This document shows positions 1 to 9,384 of a DNA stretch of 64,000 nucleotides, one piece after another. The stretch covers positions 1,716 through 65,715 of the forward strand of contig CALRAM010000002.1 of NCBI GenBank assembly GCA_943353165.1, in the 5' to 3' direction. The position numbers were made by a program, and so were the translations under genes. Position 1 is the first letter of the stretch; every line of letters starts with the position of its first letter. Below the pieces are notes generated by a model. That model did not search any database. It saw only the letters and a program-made list of their open reading frames with translations, and was not told where the DNA came from. Source of the DNA: an uncultured Candidatus Saccharimonas sp. GTDB lineage: Bacteria > Patescibacteriota > Saccharimonadia > Saccharimonadales > OMJO01.

Positions 1-115
1 TAGTAGCCTTGGCTTTTATGGCATTTGTTATCAGCAGCCGAACTGTTCTAGACACTGCAGAATCGTCATCTAGATAAGCTGCGCCTAGGTTGGTGTTGAC
101 ATTTAGTTTGGTCAT
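1..115 (-). CDS. Partial CDS (5' end only, continues past window start); possible GspE/PilB/PilT-family secretion ATPase N-terminus
   Basis: Absent from the ORF track because no stop lies in the window. The reverse complement reads ATG (115-113) MTKLNVNTNLGAAYLDDDSAVSRTVRLLITNAIKAKAT. The LLITNAIKAKA stretch resembles the helix preceding the ASDIH motif of GspE-family ATPases. Only 38 codons are visible. Confidence 0.3.
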   Translation of the reverse strand, partial: MTKLNVNTNLGAAYLDDDSAVSRTVRLLITNAIKAKAT

Positions 116-217
116 AGTACAGCTAACATTATAAGCCATAAGCAGTTTTTAGATGGATAAGTTTTGTTATACTTAGACAGAAAACAATATCTAAAGGGTA
201 GGGAAAGGACTAAAACT

Positions 218-1264
218 ATGGCAGCGAAAAAAGAACCAAAAAAAGTCAGCACATTAGCACCAGCTATGGAGCAGTCTGAGGGTAAGGAAAAGGCACTAGG
301 TTTAGCCTTAGAGAGCATCGAAAAACAGTTTGGCAAAGGCTCCATCATGAAGCTTGGCGAGTCCTACAAAGTAGACATCGAAACGACTTCTACTGGAGCA
401 CTTAGCCTAGACCTAGCCCTAGGTGGTGGACTGCCCCGTGGTCGAGTCGTAGAAGTTTATGGACCCGAGAGTTCAGGCAAAACAACCCTGACGCTTCACG
501 CTATAGCACAGGTCCAAAAAGCTGGGGGTACGGCTGCCTTTATAGATGCCGAACACGCCCTAGATCCGCAATACGCAAAGCGAATAGGTGTAGATATTAG
601 CAATTTGTTGCTGTCCCAGCCAGATAACGGCGAGCAAGCGTTGGAAATAGTAGAGACTCTGGTTCGGTCAAATGCAGTCGATATCATTGTCATCGACTCG
701 GTAGCAGCACTGGTGCCCAGGGCCGAGATAGAAGGCGATATGGGCGATAGTTTGCCAGGTTTGCAGGCCCGTCTGATGAGTCAGGCTCTACGAAAGCTGA
801 CAGGCGTTATTAGTCGTAGCAAATCCACAGTGGTATTTATCAACCAAATTCGCATGAAGATAGGCGTTATGTTTGGTAATCCAGAAACAACTACTGGTGG
901 AAATGCGCTAAAGTTCTATGCGTCAGTGCGTATGGACATTCGCCGAATCGGCCAGATAAAACAAGGCGAAGAAATCATAGGTAACAGAACTCGTGTCAAA
1001 GTTGTAAAGAACAAGGTGGCTCCACCTTTCCGCCAAGCCGAATTTGATATTATGTACAACCAAGGCATCAGTACTAGTGGCGACATTTTGGACCTTGCCA
1101 CAGCCGAAAACATAGTAGAAAAAGCTGGTGCGTGGTTTAGCTATAACGGCGAAAAGATTTCCCAAGGCCGAGAAGCCGCCAAAAAATACCTAGAAGAAAA
1201 TCCCAAAGTTATGGACGAGATAGCCGGCAAGGTCAAAGCCGCATCCGTAGCCAAAGAAGAATAG
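218..1264 (+). CDS. recA: Recombinase RecA
   Basis: Carries the Walker A motif GPESSGKTT and the RecA signatures [21 protein letters not shown] and ALKFYASVR. The ATG at 218 follows a GGGAAAGGA SD-like sequence. The track ORF starts at an upstream TTG (164). Confidence 0.95.
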   Translation: MAAKKEPKKVSTLAPAMEQSEGKEKALGLALESIEKQFGKGSIMKLGESYKVDIETTSTGALSLDLALGGGLPRGRVVEVYGPESSGKTTLTLHAIAQVQKAGGTAAFIDAEHALDPQYAKRIGVDISNLLLSQPDNGEQALEIVETLVRSNAVDIIVIDSVAALVPRAEIEGDMGDSLPGLQARLMSQALRKLTGVISRSKSTVVFINQIRMKIGVMFGNPETTTGGNALKFYASVRMDIRRIGQIKQGEEIIGNRTRVKVVKNKVAPPFRQAEFDIMYNQGISTSGDILDLATAENIVEKAGAWFSYNGEKISQGREAAKKYLEENPKVMDEIAGKVKAASVAKEE

Positions 1265-1307
1265 TTTTTTCTAAAAGATGATAACGCCTTAGCAGAAACA
1301 TTTTGAA

Positions 1308-1910
1308 ATGAAAATCACTGATATTCGGCCACAGGTAAAACGGGCAAATCGATACTCTGTTTTTGTAGACAAAAAATATACTTTTAGTCTGGGTGAATCA
1401 GAGTTAATACGACTGGGTATTCACAGTGGCCAAGAAGTCAGCGTTACAGAAATAGAGTCATTTAAGGGGCTGTCAAAACTGGACAAAATATATGGGCTGG
1501 CCCTACAGCTGGTAGTGCGCCGGCCACGTAGCGAAAAGGAACTACGCGATTATCTGAGGCGAAAAGGGCACGACGAAGACGGTGCTACGTTCATACTTAA
1601 CAAGTTAACTGTGAACGGTTTGGTAGATGACGAGGCCTTTGCGACTAGCTGGGTAGCCAACCGACGCCTACTAAAGCCAACTTCCCTGCGCAAACTTCAG
1701 TTGGAATTACGCCAAAAAGGTATTTCTAGCGAAACCATAGAAAAAGTTCTGGCCGAGGACGAAGTCTCTGATAGCTCTGTGCTGATGGACATAATTGCCC
1801 GAAAACGCCGTCAGACAAAATATCAGGACGATATGAAATTGATGCAATATTTGGCACGACAAGGTTTTGGCTATGGAGACATAAAGTCGGCCTTGACAGA
1901 CAAAGACTAG
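1308..1910 (+). CDS. recX: RecA regulator RecX
   Basis: 200 aa protein located immediately downstream of recA. It has a three-repeat helical RecX-like sequence (ALQLVVRRPRSEKELRDYLRRKG, LNKLTVNGLVDDEAFA). Confidence 0.8.
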   Translation: MKITDIRPQVKRANRYSVFVDKKYTFSLGESELIRLGIHSGQEVSVTEIESFKGLSKLDKIYGLALQLVVRRPRSEKELRDYLRRKGHDEDGATFILNKLTVNGLVDDEAFATSWVANRRLLKPTSLRKLQLELRQKGISSETIEKVLAEDEVSDSSVLMDIIARKRRQTKYQDDMKLMQYLARQGFGYGDIKSALTDKD

Positions 1911-2431
1911 GCTACTGGTACGGCTGACCCTAGAGGTATCTGTTTGCCTTGCAAGGGGTCGTTGACGACTATTTTGGAGTTGGTTACTTCTGTAATCTGC
2001 GAACGATCTATGCTCAGCTGACCACCGCTAAAACTTTTTAGGACAGACTGGCCTACATATATTTTTTGGATATACATGCTAGAAATATCGACAGCGTAAT
2101 CTGTGACTTTGCCCAGACGCTTTTTGTCGGTTGTGTGGACTGCTTTGTCTATGACTACAAAGTTTAGCTCCATGACGCTTTTTAGTCGTATTAGGTCTTT
2201 TGGGTCGGTCAAAACGTCGTGGTCGTTAACTATAAAGCCCAGATTGCTTTGTTCGCGGATGTCTTGGACTAGCAGCACCAGCTTGTCCCTGCTGATGCTG
2301 TCGGCACAGTAGAACCCCTCTATTTTCAGGTTGTTTGGGTCGATAATAGGAGTCAAAACTTTTGCTACTGGGGCACCGGTACGCAGACTCATAACCGATA
2401 TATTTTTGAATGAATTGCTAAGCTTTAACAT
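1907..2431 (-). CDS. PRC-barrel domain protein
   Basis: 174 aa with two PRC-barrel-like halves (VMSLRTGAPVAKV...IDPNNLKIEGFY and GKVTDYAVDISSMYIQKIYV). Its 3' end overlaps the recX stop convergently by 4 nt. Confidence 0.6.
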   Translation of the reverse strand: MLKLSNSFKNISVMSLRTGAPVAKVLTPIIDPNNLKIEGFYCADSISRDKLVLLVQDIREQSNLGFIVNDHDVLTDPKDLIRLKSVMELNFVVIDKAVHTTDKKRLGKVTDYAVDISSMYIQKIYVGQSVLKSFSGGQLSIDRSQITEVTNSKIVVNDPLQGKQIPLGSAVPVA

Positions 2432-2499
2432 GACTGTAAATAGTATAACCTAAATAATCCTGTGTATAACTTATGGCACTAGTATTTTGGGGATGTACA

Positions 2500-4713
2500 A
2501 TGACTACCAAGATGAAGTACAGTCGGCTTTTCACTGGGGTGGTGATGGCAATGTTACTTTTGGTGCCAGCAAGCGCGTCTGCCGTCGCTGTTTGTAGCCT
2601 ATGTATTGTAGAGGTTCAGTCTCAGGGCATAAATAGTGCGGCCGAAGACTATATTGTCGTAGCCAATAACACTAGTGTTCCATATGACACCACAGGCGTT
2701 GCATTAAAATATTACACTGCAGCCGGCAACAATACGACGTCTAGGAACATAGCATTGTCCGGCAGCTTGCCCGCTAGGTCGTCAATGGTTTTTGTTTCTG
2801 CAGGTTTGGCGACTGCCAATCCGACTGCTAGGCAGTTTCCCTCTGGTCTGGCGCTTTACGACGCCGGAGGTTCGTTAGAGCTCGTAACAGGCAGCACTAT
2901 AATGGATAGGGTCAGTTGGGGAGTAGTTACGGATCCTTTGCGAAGTGCAACACCTGGGCCTGTCCACAGCAAAGGTGCTTCGCTGACCAGAAAACACAGC
3001 GCTCTAGGGTTTTTGGATTCGGACAATAGTAGTGCCGATTTTGAGGCTGTCTGGCACGCATGTAGCGGATTGTCTATAAACGAAATTCAACCCTTTGCCG
3101 TAGGCCTGGAAGGCGAAGATATTTTGCCAGGACTGGAGTTGGTAAAATATAGCAACGCAGTCCTAGACATTGACTGCCCCATTCTGATAAACGGGGTCAA
3201 ATATTTTGTGGCAGCCGGAGATTTGCAGGCGACACCTTCAATAATTATCATAAATAATGTGCTGGACAATCTGGGCGACGTTTTGGACTTGTCTTTGTTG
3301 GTTGATGCTCCGAACACTGTGCAGTTAATCTCTGGTAGTTTTTACGGCGATCTGGCCTTGCCTATAACTAGCACTCTGACTTTGCAGCCTGTTTTGTCCG
3401 ACGGTCAAACCTATGCGTTTTTTGTCAGCAGCTGGAAGCCCACCTATAGCCCAACGCTCGGTTCGAGCAACAAATTATCTACTGTTTTGGTGTTGCCTAC
3501 AGACCCACCACCTACTGTGCCACCAGACGCATGTACAGATGTAAAGCTCAACGAAATGTTGCCAAATCCTACTGGAGATGACACTGGAAACGAGTGGATT
3601 GAGCTGATAGGTCTGACTGACAAGCCTAGCTTTTTAGGTGACTGCGGGGTACAGGTAATTACACCTACGACCACAACTACATACGCTTTTGGGCCAGACC
3701 AGTTCATAGACGCCAATGGTTTGGATTCTTTTACAGAGTTCAGTGACGGTGTAAGTATGCGAACATTAACTCTGAGAAACAGCGATACAAATACAATTAG
3801 CTTTGGGCGCATAGAGAACGATCAGTTTGTGCCGATACAAACAGTGCAGTACAAAGACGCACCAGAAGGTCAGAGCTGGGCGCGTTTTTCTGATGGCTGG
3901 AAGTGGGTCGCCAACCCTACCAAAAACTTGTCAAATACTACCCAGACAACAGAGGATGAAGATCCGTCGCCTACAGAGTTCCCTGCGCCACCACCACCAG
4001 TATCTCCGCCGCCTACAGTACTGCCAGCTTCACCGATAAGTATCGTGGAGTTGTTGCCCAACCCAGCGTCGCCCCAAACAGACGAAGCTGACGAGTATTT
4101 GGAGTTGTTTAATCCAACAAATGTAGCCGTAGATTTGACAGGCTACAAAGTTCAGACAGGCTACACATATAGTTATAGTGTGACTCTGCAAAACCAGACC
4201 ATACCAGCCAATGGCTATCTGGTTATAAAGAGTGGAAACACCAGTCTGTCTCTGGCGAATGCCGGTGGTCAGGCTCATTTGCTAGACCCTGCAGGAAATA
4301 TTATTAGCACGACAGATGTCTACACCGATGCACCGGAAGGGCAGGCGTGGGCTCTGGTGGACGACGTCTGGAAGTGGACAGGTTCTCCGACCGTTGGCGC
4401 TACTAACATTTATAGCGATCCTGTATTAACGGCAGTCACTACCAAAGCATCCAAGGCCACAAAAGCTACAAAAGCAGTAAAGGCTGTGTCTACCAAAAAA
4501 CCTGCTACTGCTGGTAATGTTAGCGAACAAAATGGCAGGGAGTTACCGAATGAACCAGCGCCATTGCACTTTGGGGTGCTTGCAGGAGTTGGTGCTCTTG
4601 CAGTAGGATATGCAGTATATGAGTACAGAAAAGACTTGGCAAACAGAATCTACCAGTTCAGACGCTACCGAAAAGCTCGCCGGGCAACTAGGTCACAATC
4701 TACGGGGCGGTGA
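2500..4713 (+). CDS. Surface-anchored lamin-tail-domain (LTD) repeat protein
   Basis: Has an N-terminal signal/TM segment (LFTGVVMAMLLLVPASASA). Repeated LTD signatures are present (NEMLPNPTGDDTGNEWIELIG, VELLPNPASPQTDEADEYLELFNPT). Pro-rich linkers, a KA-rich stalk and a C-terminal TM plus basic tail follow. The track ORF begins at 2473, but the ATG at 2500 has a GGGGA SD 7 nt upstream. Confidence 0.8.
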   Translation: MTTKMKYSRLFTGVVMAMLLLVPASASAVAVCSLCIVEVQSQGINSAAEDYIVVANNTSVPYDTTGVALKYYTAAGNNTTSRNIALSGSLPARSSMVFVSAGLATANPTARQFPSGLALYDAGGSLELVTGSTIMDRVSWGVVTDPLRSATPGPVHSKGASLTRKHSALGFLDSDNSSADFEAVWHACSGLSINEIQPFAVGLEGEDILPGLELVKYSNAVLDIDCPILINGVKYFVAAGDLQATPSIIIINNVLDNLGDVLDLSLLVDAPNTVQLISGSFYGDLALPITSTLTLQPVLSDGQTYAFFVSSWKPTYSPTLGSSNKLSTVLVLPTDPPPTVPPDACTDVKLNEMLPNPTGDDTGNEWIELIGLTDKPSFLGDCGVQVITPTTTTTYAFGPDQFIDANGLDSFTEFSDGVSMRTLTLRNSDTNTISFGRIENDQFVPIQTVQYKDAPEGQSWARFSDGWKWVANPTKNLSNTTQTTEDEDPSPTEFPAPPPPVSPPPTVLPASPISIVELLPNPASPQTDEADEYLELFNPTNVAVDLTGYKVQTGYTYSYSVTLQNQTIPANGYLVIKSGNTSLSLANAGGQAHLLDPAGNIISTTDVYTDAPEGQAWALVDDVWKWTGSPTVGATNIYSDPVLTAVTTKASKATKATKAVKAVSTKKPATAGNVSEQNGRELPNEPAPLHFGVLAGVGALAVGYAVYEYRKDLANRIYQFRRYRKARRATRSQSTGR

Positions 4714-5086
4714 AGTTATAGAATTGGTCAGCGATCTGGGGGGCGGCAAAACTACATTTGTCAGAGGATTGGCTAGGGGCATGAATAGCCCTGACAATGT
4801 TTCTAGCCCCAGCTACACTATTTCCCAGGTTTATCAGGCGGGCAATCTGGAACTGCATCATTATGATTTTTATAGGCTAGAACAGGCAGGATTGATGACG
4901 CACGAACTAGGCGACGACCTAGAAAATCCCCACGCCGTGGTGGTCATAGAATGGGCAGATGTAGTTCAGCATGTTCTGCCTGCTAGCAGAATCAGGATTC
5001 ACATAAAATCTACAGGCGACGAAACTCGCCAACTGGACTTCCGTTATCCTGCTAGCTTGGGCTATGCTATGGATGGAATATGTTGA
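4610..5086 (+). CDS. tsaE: tRNA t6A37 threonylcarbamoyl-transfer ATPase TsaE
   Basis: P-loop SDLGGGKTTFVRGLARG plus SPSYTI and HHYDFYRL motifs, typical of TsaE/YjeE. The start (4610 or 4619) lies inside the 3' end of the LTD gene, giving about 95-104 nt of overlap. Confidence 0.8.
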   Translation: MQYMSTEKTWQTESTSSDATEKLAGQLGHNLRGGEVIELVSDLGGGKTTFVRGLARGMNSPDNVSSPSYTISQVYQAGNLELHHYDFYRLEQAGLMTHELGDDLENPHAVVVIEWADVVQHVLPASRIRIHIKSTGDETRQLDFRYPASLGYAMDGIC

Positions 5087-5472
5087 TACTAACTTTGCGA
5101 ACAGATAATCCACAGGCGGAAATAGGCCTCTACGAATCAAATGAAAAGCTGGCCTATGAAAAGTGGGTAGCCCACCGGCAACTGGCCGAAACCATCCACA
5201 CAAAGATTTTGGATTTGCTAAAAACGCAGGATAAACAGTGGTCCGACATACAAGCAGTAGTCTGCTACAAAGGTCCAGGGAGCTTTACGGGCCTGCGTAT
5301 AGGTATAAGCGTGGCAAATGCCCTGGCCAGTTCGCTAGATGTACCAATAGAGTCCAGCACTGGAGACGACTGGATAGAAATATCCATCAAAAAAATAGCA
5401 ACAAAATCATTCACTAGCCCAGTCATGCCTGTCTATGGGACCGAGGTTCATATTACCCAGCCGCGAACTTGA
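5080..5472 (+). CDS. tsaB: TsaB-like protein (N-terminal domain only, 130 aa)
   Basis: GPGSFTGLRIGISVANALA motif of TsaB/YeaZ. It overlaps the tsaE stop by 7 nt and is roughly half the usual TsaB length. Confidence 0.7.
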   Translation: MLILTLRTDNPQAEIGLYESNEKLAYEKWVAHRQLAETIHTKILDLLKTQDKQWSDIQAVVCYKGPGSFTGLRIGISVANALASSLDVPIESSTGDDWIEISIKKIATKSFTSPVMPVYGTEVHITQPRT

Positions 5473-5642
5473 CGGTTGACCAAACCCGTGGTCAGAGTTA
5501 TAGTTAGGGATAGGAATCGGTTTTGTGCAGACAGAACCGACCGTCCAACAGATTTCTATAAATTTTGATAATCCGAGACTACAATAGCTAAAGATGTGAT
5601 AGTGATGCAACCTGTAGTTTTGGCACATATAAGGAGTAATAT

Positions 5643-7157
5643 ATGGATCCAATAACCATTATTTTAGTAGTGGCTGGACTAGCCGTTGGCTTTGGTGCCA
5701 ACAATGTAGTCACAAAGAAAAAACTTGGTTCAGCCGAAGACGCTGCCAACAAAGAACTGGCAAAGGCCAAAAAAGAAGCCACCAAGTTGGTGGATGAAGC
5801 CCGTCAAAAGGCAGATCAGGAGTCCGAACAGTCACGCAGGGACGAACAGTCACGCAGACGAGAAATAAAGGACATAGAACAGCGTTTGCTGGACCGCGAG
5901 GTCTCTTATGACAAAAAGCTGCTAGATATGGACAAGCGGGCCGAAAAGCTTCGTGGTGGCGAAAACGAAGTAGAAGAGCTAAAGGACGAAATACGAGTCA
6001 TCAGAAAAAAACAGCAGGACAAGCTAGAAAAGATAGCCAAGCTAACAAAGGAAGACGCTGCTGACAAGCTGATAAAAATGACGGAACGAGATATCCGAAA
6101 TGACCTTACGGGATTAATCGCCAAGCTTCAGAACGAAGCCAAAGAAACTGCCGAAGACAAAGCAGCAATGATAATAACTGGCGCTATGGAGAGAATGGCT
6201 AGCGAAGTAACTGCCGAGCGTACAATTACCAGCGTAAAGTTACCAGACGAAGAAATGAAAGGTCGTATCATCGGCAAAGAAGGTCGTAACATCCAAGCCC
6301 TACAACGAGCCACCGGCGTAGATATTATGGTGGACGACACCCCGGGAATGATAGTGCTGAGCTGTTTTGACCCTATTCGCAGAGAAGTTGCCAGGCAGTC
6401 ACTAGAAATGTTACTAAAAGACGGTCGGGTTCACCCAGGTCGCATAGAGGAAATAGTTGAAAAGGCTCAGATGCTTGTAGCCAAAGATGTTATACACGCC
6501 GGCGAAGATGCTGCCAGAGAAGTCGGTATCATTGGTATTCCAAAAGAAATCTTGCAACTTTTGGGCGAACTAAAGTTTCGTACTAGTTTTGGTCAAAATG
6601 TCCTAAAACACAGCACAGAGATGGCGCACATAGCAGGCATCATAGCCGAAGAAGTTGGCGCCAATGTAAAAACCACCAAATACGCCGCCTTGGTACATGA
6701 CCTAGGAAAAGCTTTGACTCACAAAATGGAAGGCAAACACCACCACATTAGCGGCGAAATGTTACGCAAATACGGAGCGCCAGAAGAAGTCGCCCACGCC
6801 GCCGAAGCACATCACGATGATATGGAAGCCACAACGCCAGAGGCATTAATAGTGCGGGTAGTAGATGCCATCAGTGCATCTAGGCCGGGCGCCAGAAACA
6901 TCAGCGCAGAGAACTTTGGAGACAGGATGAAGGACCTAGAAAATGTGGCAAACGGCTTTCCGGGTATCGAAAAATCCTACGCCATCAGCGCTGGTCGTGA
7001 AGTCCGTGTGTTTGTCCGTCCACAAGACATAGATGATCTGTCAGCCATAAAGCTGGCCCGCGATATAGCCACAAAGATTGAATCCACTATGCAGTACCCA
7101 GGTACCATAAAGGTAAATGTCATCCGCGAAACGCGCGCCATAGAGTTTGCCAAATAA
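5643..7157 (+). CDS. rny: Ribonuclease Y
   Basis: N-terminal TM segment, a long charged coiled coil, a KH domain (GRIIGKEGRNIQAL) and an HD domain (ALVHDLGK, HHDD). AAGGAG SD upstream. Confidence 0.95.
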   Translation: MDPITIILVVAGLAVGFGANNVVTKKKLGSAEDAANKELAKAKKEATKLVDEARQKADQESEQSRRDEQSRRREIKDIEQRLLDREVSYDKKLLDMDKRAEKLRGGENEVEELKDEIRVIRKKQQDKLEKIAKLTKEDAADKLIKMTERDIRNDLTGLIAKLQNEAKETAEDKAAMIITGAMERMASEVTAERTITSVKLPDEEMKGRIIGKEGRNIQALQRATGVDIMVDDTPGMIVLSCFDPIRREVARQSLEMLLKDGRVHPGRIEEIVEKAQMLVAKDVIHAGEDAAREVGIIGIPKEILQLLGELKFRTSFGQNVLKHSTEMAHIAGIIAEEVGANVKTTKYAALVHDLGKALTHKMEGKHHHISGEMLRKYGAPEEVAHAAEAHHDDMEATTPEALIVRVVDAISASRPGARNISAENFGDRMKDLENVANGFPGIEKSYAISAGREVRVFVRPQDIDDLSAIKLARDIATKIESTMQYPGTIKVNVIRETRAIEFAK

Positions 7158-7169
7158 CAGAGTACTGCG

Positions 7170-7727
7170 ATGAAATTTGTAATACTGCACGGTACCTCAT
7201 CCAACCATTCCAGCAACTGGTTTCCTTGGCTAAAGGAACAGCTAGAAAAAAAAGGCCACAGCGTTTGGGTGCCCGATTTGCCAAATTCCCAAAAGCCCGA
7301 CATCGCCGCGTACAACGATTTTTTGCTAAAAAGTGGGCAAGATTTTGAGGATTCCGTCATGATAGGCCATTCGTCTGGGTCGGTAGCAGTCAGCGGTTTG
7401 TTGCAGGTTTTACCAGAGAGTGTAAATATCAACACAGCCATCTTGGTCGGAACATTCAGAGGAGATTTGGGCTGGGATTCGTTGCACGGCGTAAATATCC
7501 CGTTTGATTACGAAAAAATCAAGTCAAAGGCAAAGCAGTTCATAGTCGTACACTCCGACGATGACCCATATTGTCCGCTAGACGGGGCAAAGTATGTGGC
7601 AAAACAATTGGGTGCAGAGTTTGTATTGTTGCCAAAGATGAAGCATTTCAGCTTTCAGCTGGACCCTAAATTTAGCCAGTTTCCTGAACTGCTAGACATC
7701 ATAAACAAAAAGGTTCTAGCGGGATGA
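7170..7727 (+). CDS. Alpha/beta serine hydrolase, YdeN/RBBP9-like
   Basis: 185 aa. Nucleophile elbow IGHSSGS, with HSDDDPYCP and KMKHF as candidate Asp and His of the triad. N-terminus FVILHG..SNWFPWL is typical of this family. Confidence 0.65.
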   Translation: MKFVILHGTSSNHSSNWFPWLKEQLEKKGHSVWVPDLPNSQKPDIAAYNDFLLKSGQDFEDSVMIGHSSGSVAVSGLLQVLPESVNINTAILVGTFRGDLGWDSLHGVNIPFDYEKIKSKAKQFIVVHSDDDPYCPLDGAKYVAKQLGAEFVLLPKMKHFSFQLDPKFSQFPELLDIINKKVLAG

Positions 7728-8521
7728 ATATTTTATACATAGGCGATATTATGGGTCAGTCTGGGGTAGATGTCGTTCGCAGGGTTCTGCCAGAACTGAA
7801 AAAGCAGCACCATATTGACCTGGTAATCGCTCAGGCGGAAAATGTTACGGAGGGCAAGGGGCTGTCGCCTGATGATTTTAAACTACTGAGGGATATGGGA
7901 ATAGACTTTTTTAGTGGCGGCAACTGGAGCACTCATAGGTCCGAACTAAACGGGCATCTGAACGATCCAAACCAGCCTGTTATTCGACCAGCCAACTATC
8001 CAGATGATGTAGCGGGGTTGGGAGCAAAGTCCGTTCAGACCGCGAAGGGTTTGGTCTTGGTCGTCAGTTTGTTGGGCCAGATAGTGGGCAAGGATGCGGA
8101 CAAGCCTGTAGATAATCCATTGACTACCATAGACAGAATCCTAGAAAAAACTAAACATGTTAAGTATAGTGCCAAAGTTGTTAATTTTCATGGCGACTAC
8201 AGTAGCGAAAAACTGGTCATAGGGCATTACCTAGACGGGCGCGTCAGTGCTGTTATAGGCGACCATTGGCACATACCTACGGCTGACGCTATGGTTTTGC
8301 CAAAGGGCACTGCCCATATTACAGATGTAGGAATGTGCGGTAGCTTGCACTCTAGTTTGGGAATAAAATTGGATTCTATCATTTCGCGGTGGCGCGACGG
8401 CACAAAAAACCGCAACGAGCTAGAAACAAAAGGTACGATGCAGTTCAACGCCGTGCTGGTAGATGTAGCAGAAAACGGTCTGGCAAAAACCATTTTGCCT
8501 ATACGGCAGATATTGGACTAG
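7724..8521 (+). CDS. ymdB: YmdB-type metallophosphoesterase (2',3'-cyclic-nucleotide phosphodiesterase family)
   Basis: [25 protein letters not shown] and [10 protein letters not shown] motifs. Linkage to rny matches the arrangement in Firmicutes. There is a 4-nt start/stop overlap with the upstream gene. Confidence 0.85.
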   Translation: MNILYIGDIMGQSGVDVVRRVLPELKKQHHIDLVIAQAENVTEGKGLSPDDFKLLRDMGIDFFSGGNWSTHRSELNGHLNDPNQPVIRPANYPDDVAGLGAKSVQTAKGLVLVVSLLGQIVGKDADKPVDNPLTTIDRILEKTKHVKYSAKVVNFHGDYSSEKLVIGHYLDGRVSAVIGDHWHIPTADAMVLPKGTAHITDVGMCGSLHSSLGIKLDSIISRWRDGTKNRNELETKGTMQFNAVLVDVAENGLAKTILPIRQILD

Positions 8522-8577
8522 CGTAGGCTCTGGAAAACAGTCCAGTAATCTGTTAGAATAGACCTCGTAACACACTT

Positions 8578-8653
8578 CGGGGTGTGGCGCAGTTGATAGC
8601 GCGCTCGGTTTGGGACCGAGAGGTCGAAGGTTTGAGTCCTTTCACCCCGACCA
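8578..8653 (+). tRNA. tRNA-Pro (anticodon TGG), CCA encoded
   Basis: Hand-folded. Acceptor CGGGGTG/CACCCCG, anticodon stem CTCGG/CCGAG with loop TTTGGGA, T-arm GAAGG TTTGAGT CCTTC. Confidence 0.9.
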
Positions 8654-8660
8654 ATGAAAC

Positions 8661-8685
8661 AGTCCATCATTCGATGGGCTTTTTC
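8661..8685 (+). terminator. Rho-independent terminator after tRNA-Pro
   Basis: Hairpin AGTCCATC-ATTC-GATGGGCT followed by TTTTC. Confidence 0.6.
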
Positions 8686-8751
8686 ATTTCAGATTTTATC
8701 GACAGATGTTTGAGGGCTAGAAAACGGGAAAGTCCTATATAATAAAACAAT

Positions 8752-9384
8752 ATGTTAAACGCTGCCTTTCTTGTAGTATCGGGTTTTATGATTACTTTGA
8801 TAGTTGAACAGCTTCACAGCAGAGGCACTATTCGGACTGAGGTAGCCAGAAAGACAATCCATGTCGTAGCTGGGTTGATCGTAGCTATCTGCCCATTCTT
8901 TGTCAGTTGGAACGTTATACTTGTCGGCAGTATCGCCTTTTTTTTAGCCGTCGGTTTAGCCAGGTGGCTAAAGATATTTGGTTCTCAGCACGGAATAAAC
9001 CGGATTACTTGGGGTGAATTCTTTTTTCCGCTGAGTGTCTTTTCTATAGTTCTAGTGCATCCTTCTAGGTGGGTTTTTGTGTTGGCTATGCTAAATCTGG
9101 CCATCGGGGACACTGTTGCGGCGTTGGTCGGTACAAAGCTAGGCCGTTCAAACTCCTACAAAGTGTTTGGCCAAAATAAATCGGTTGCCGGTAGCCTGGC
9201 GTTCTTTGCAGTGTCGGCTGGATTGGTTATGATTACCTTCGCACTTGCCCCTTTGGGTGACACTGCGTTGTTGCGTACGGAGTTGTTGATACTACCTTTT
9301 GTAGCAACACTGGCAGAAAATGTTGGCGTTTATGGGCTAGATAATTTGTTTATACCGTTAGCTGTTGTTTTGCTACTAGCCTAG
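8752..9384 (+). CDS. Polyprenol/dolichol/phytol kinase-family integral membrane protein
   Basis: 210 aa with about 6 TM segments. RKTIHVVAG and GDTVAALVGTKLGR...KSVAGSLAFF motifs resemble the CTP-dependent polyprenol kinase / cytidylyltransferase superfamily. Confidence 0.5.
   Translation: MLNAAFLVVSGFMITLIVEQLHSRGTIRTEVARKTIHVVAGLIVAICPFFVSWNVILVGSIAFFLAVGLARWLKIFGSQHGINRITWGEFFFPLSVFSIVLVHPSRWVFVLAMLNLAIGDTVAALVGTKLGRSNSYKVFGQNKSVAGSLAFFAVSAGLVMITFALAPLGDTALLRTELLILPFVATLAENVGVYGLDNLFIPLAVVLLLA

Noticed and set aside
3444-3812. Antisense or shadow ORFs in the track
   Set aside because: Examples are 3444-3812, 12529-12861, 17332-17712, 20561-21118, 39230-39874, 41420-41839 and 10572-11192. 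All lie fully inside longer, motif-supported genes on the opposite strand or in another frame, and they have low-complexity or biased composition.
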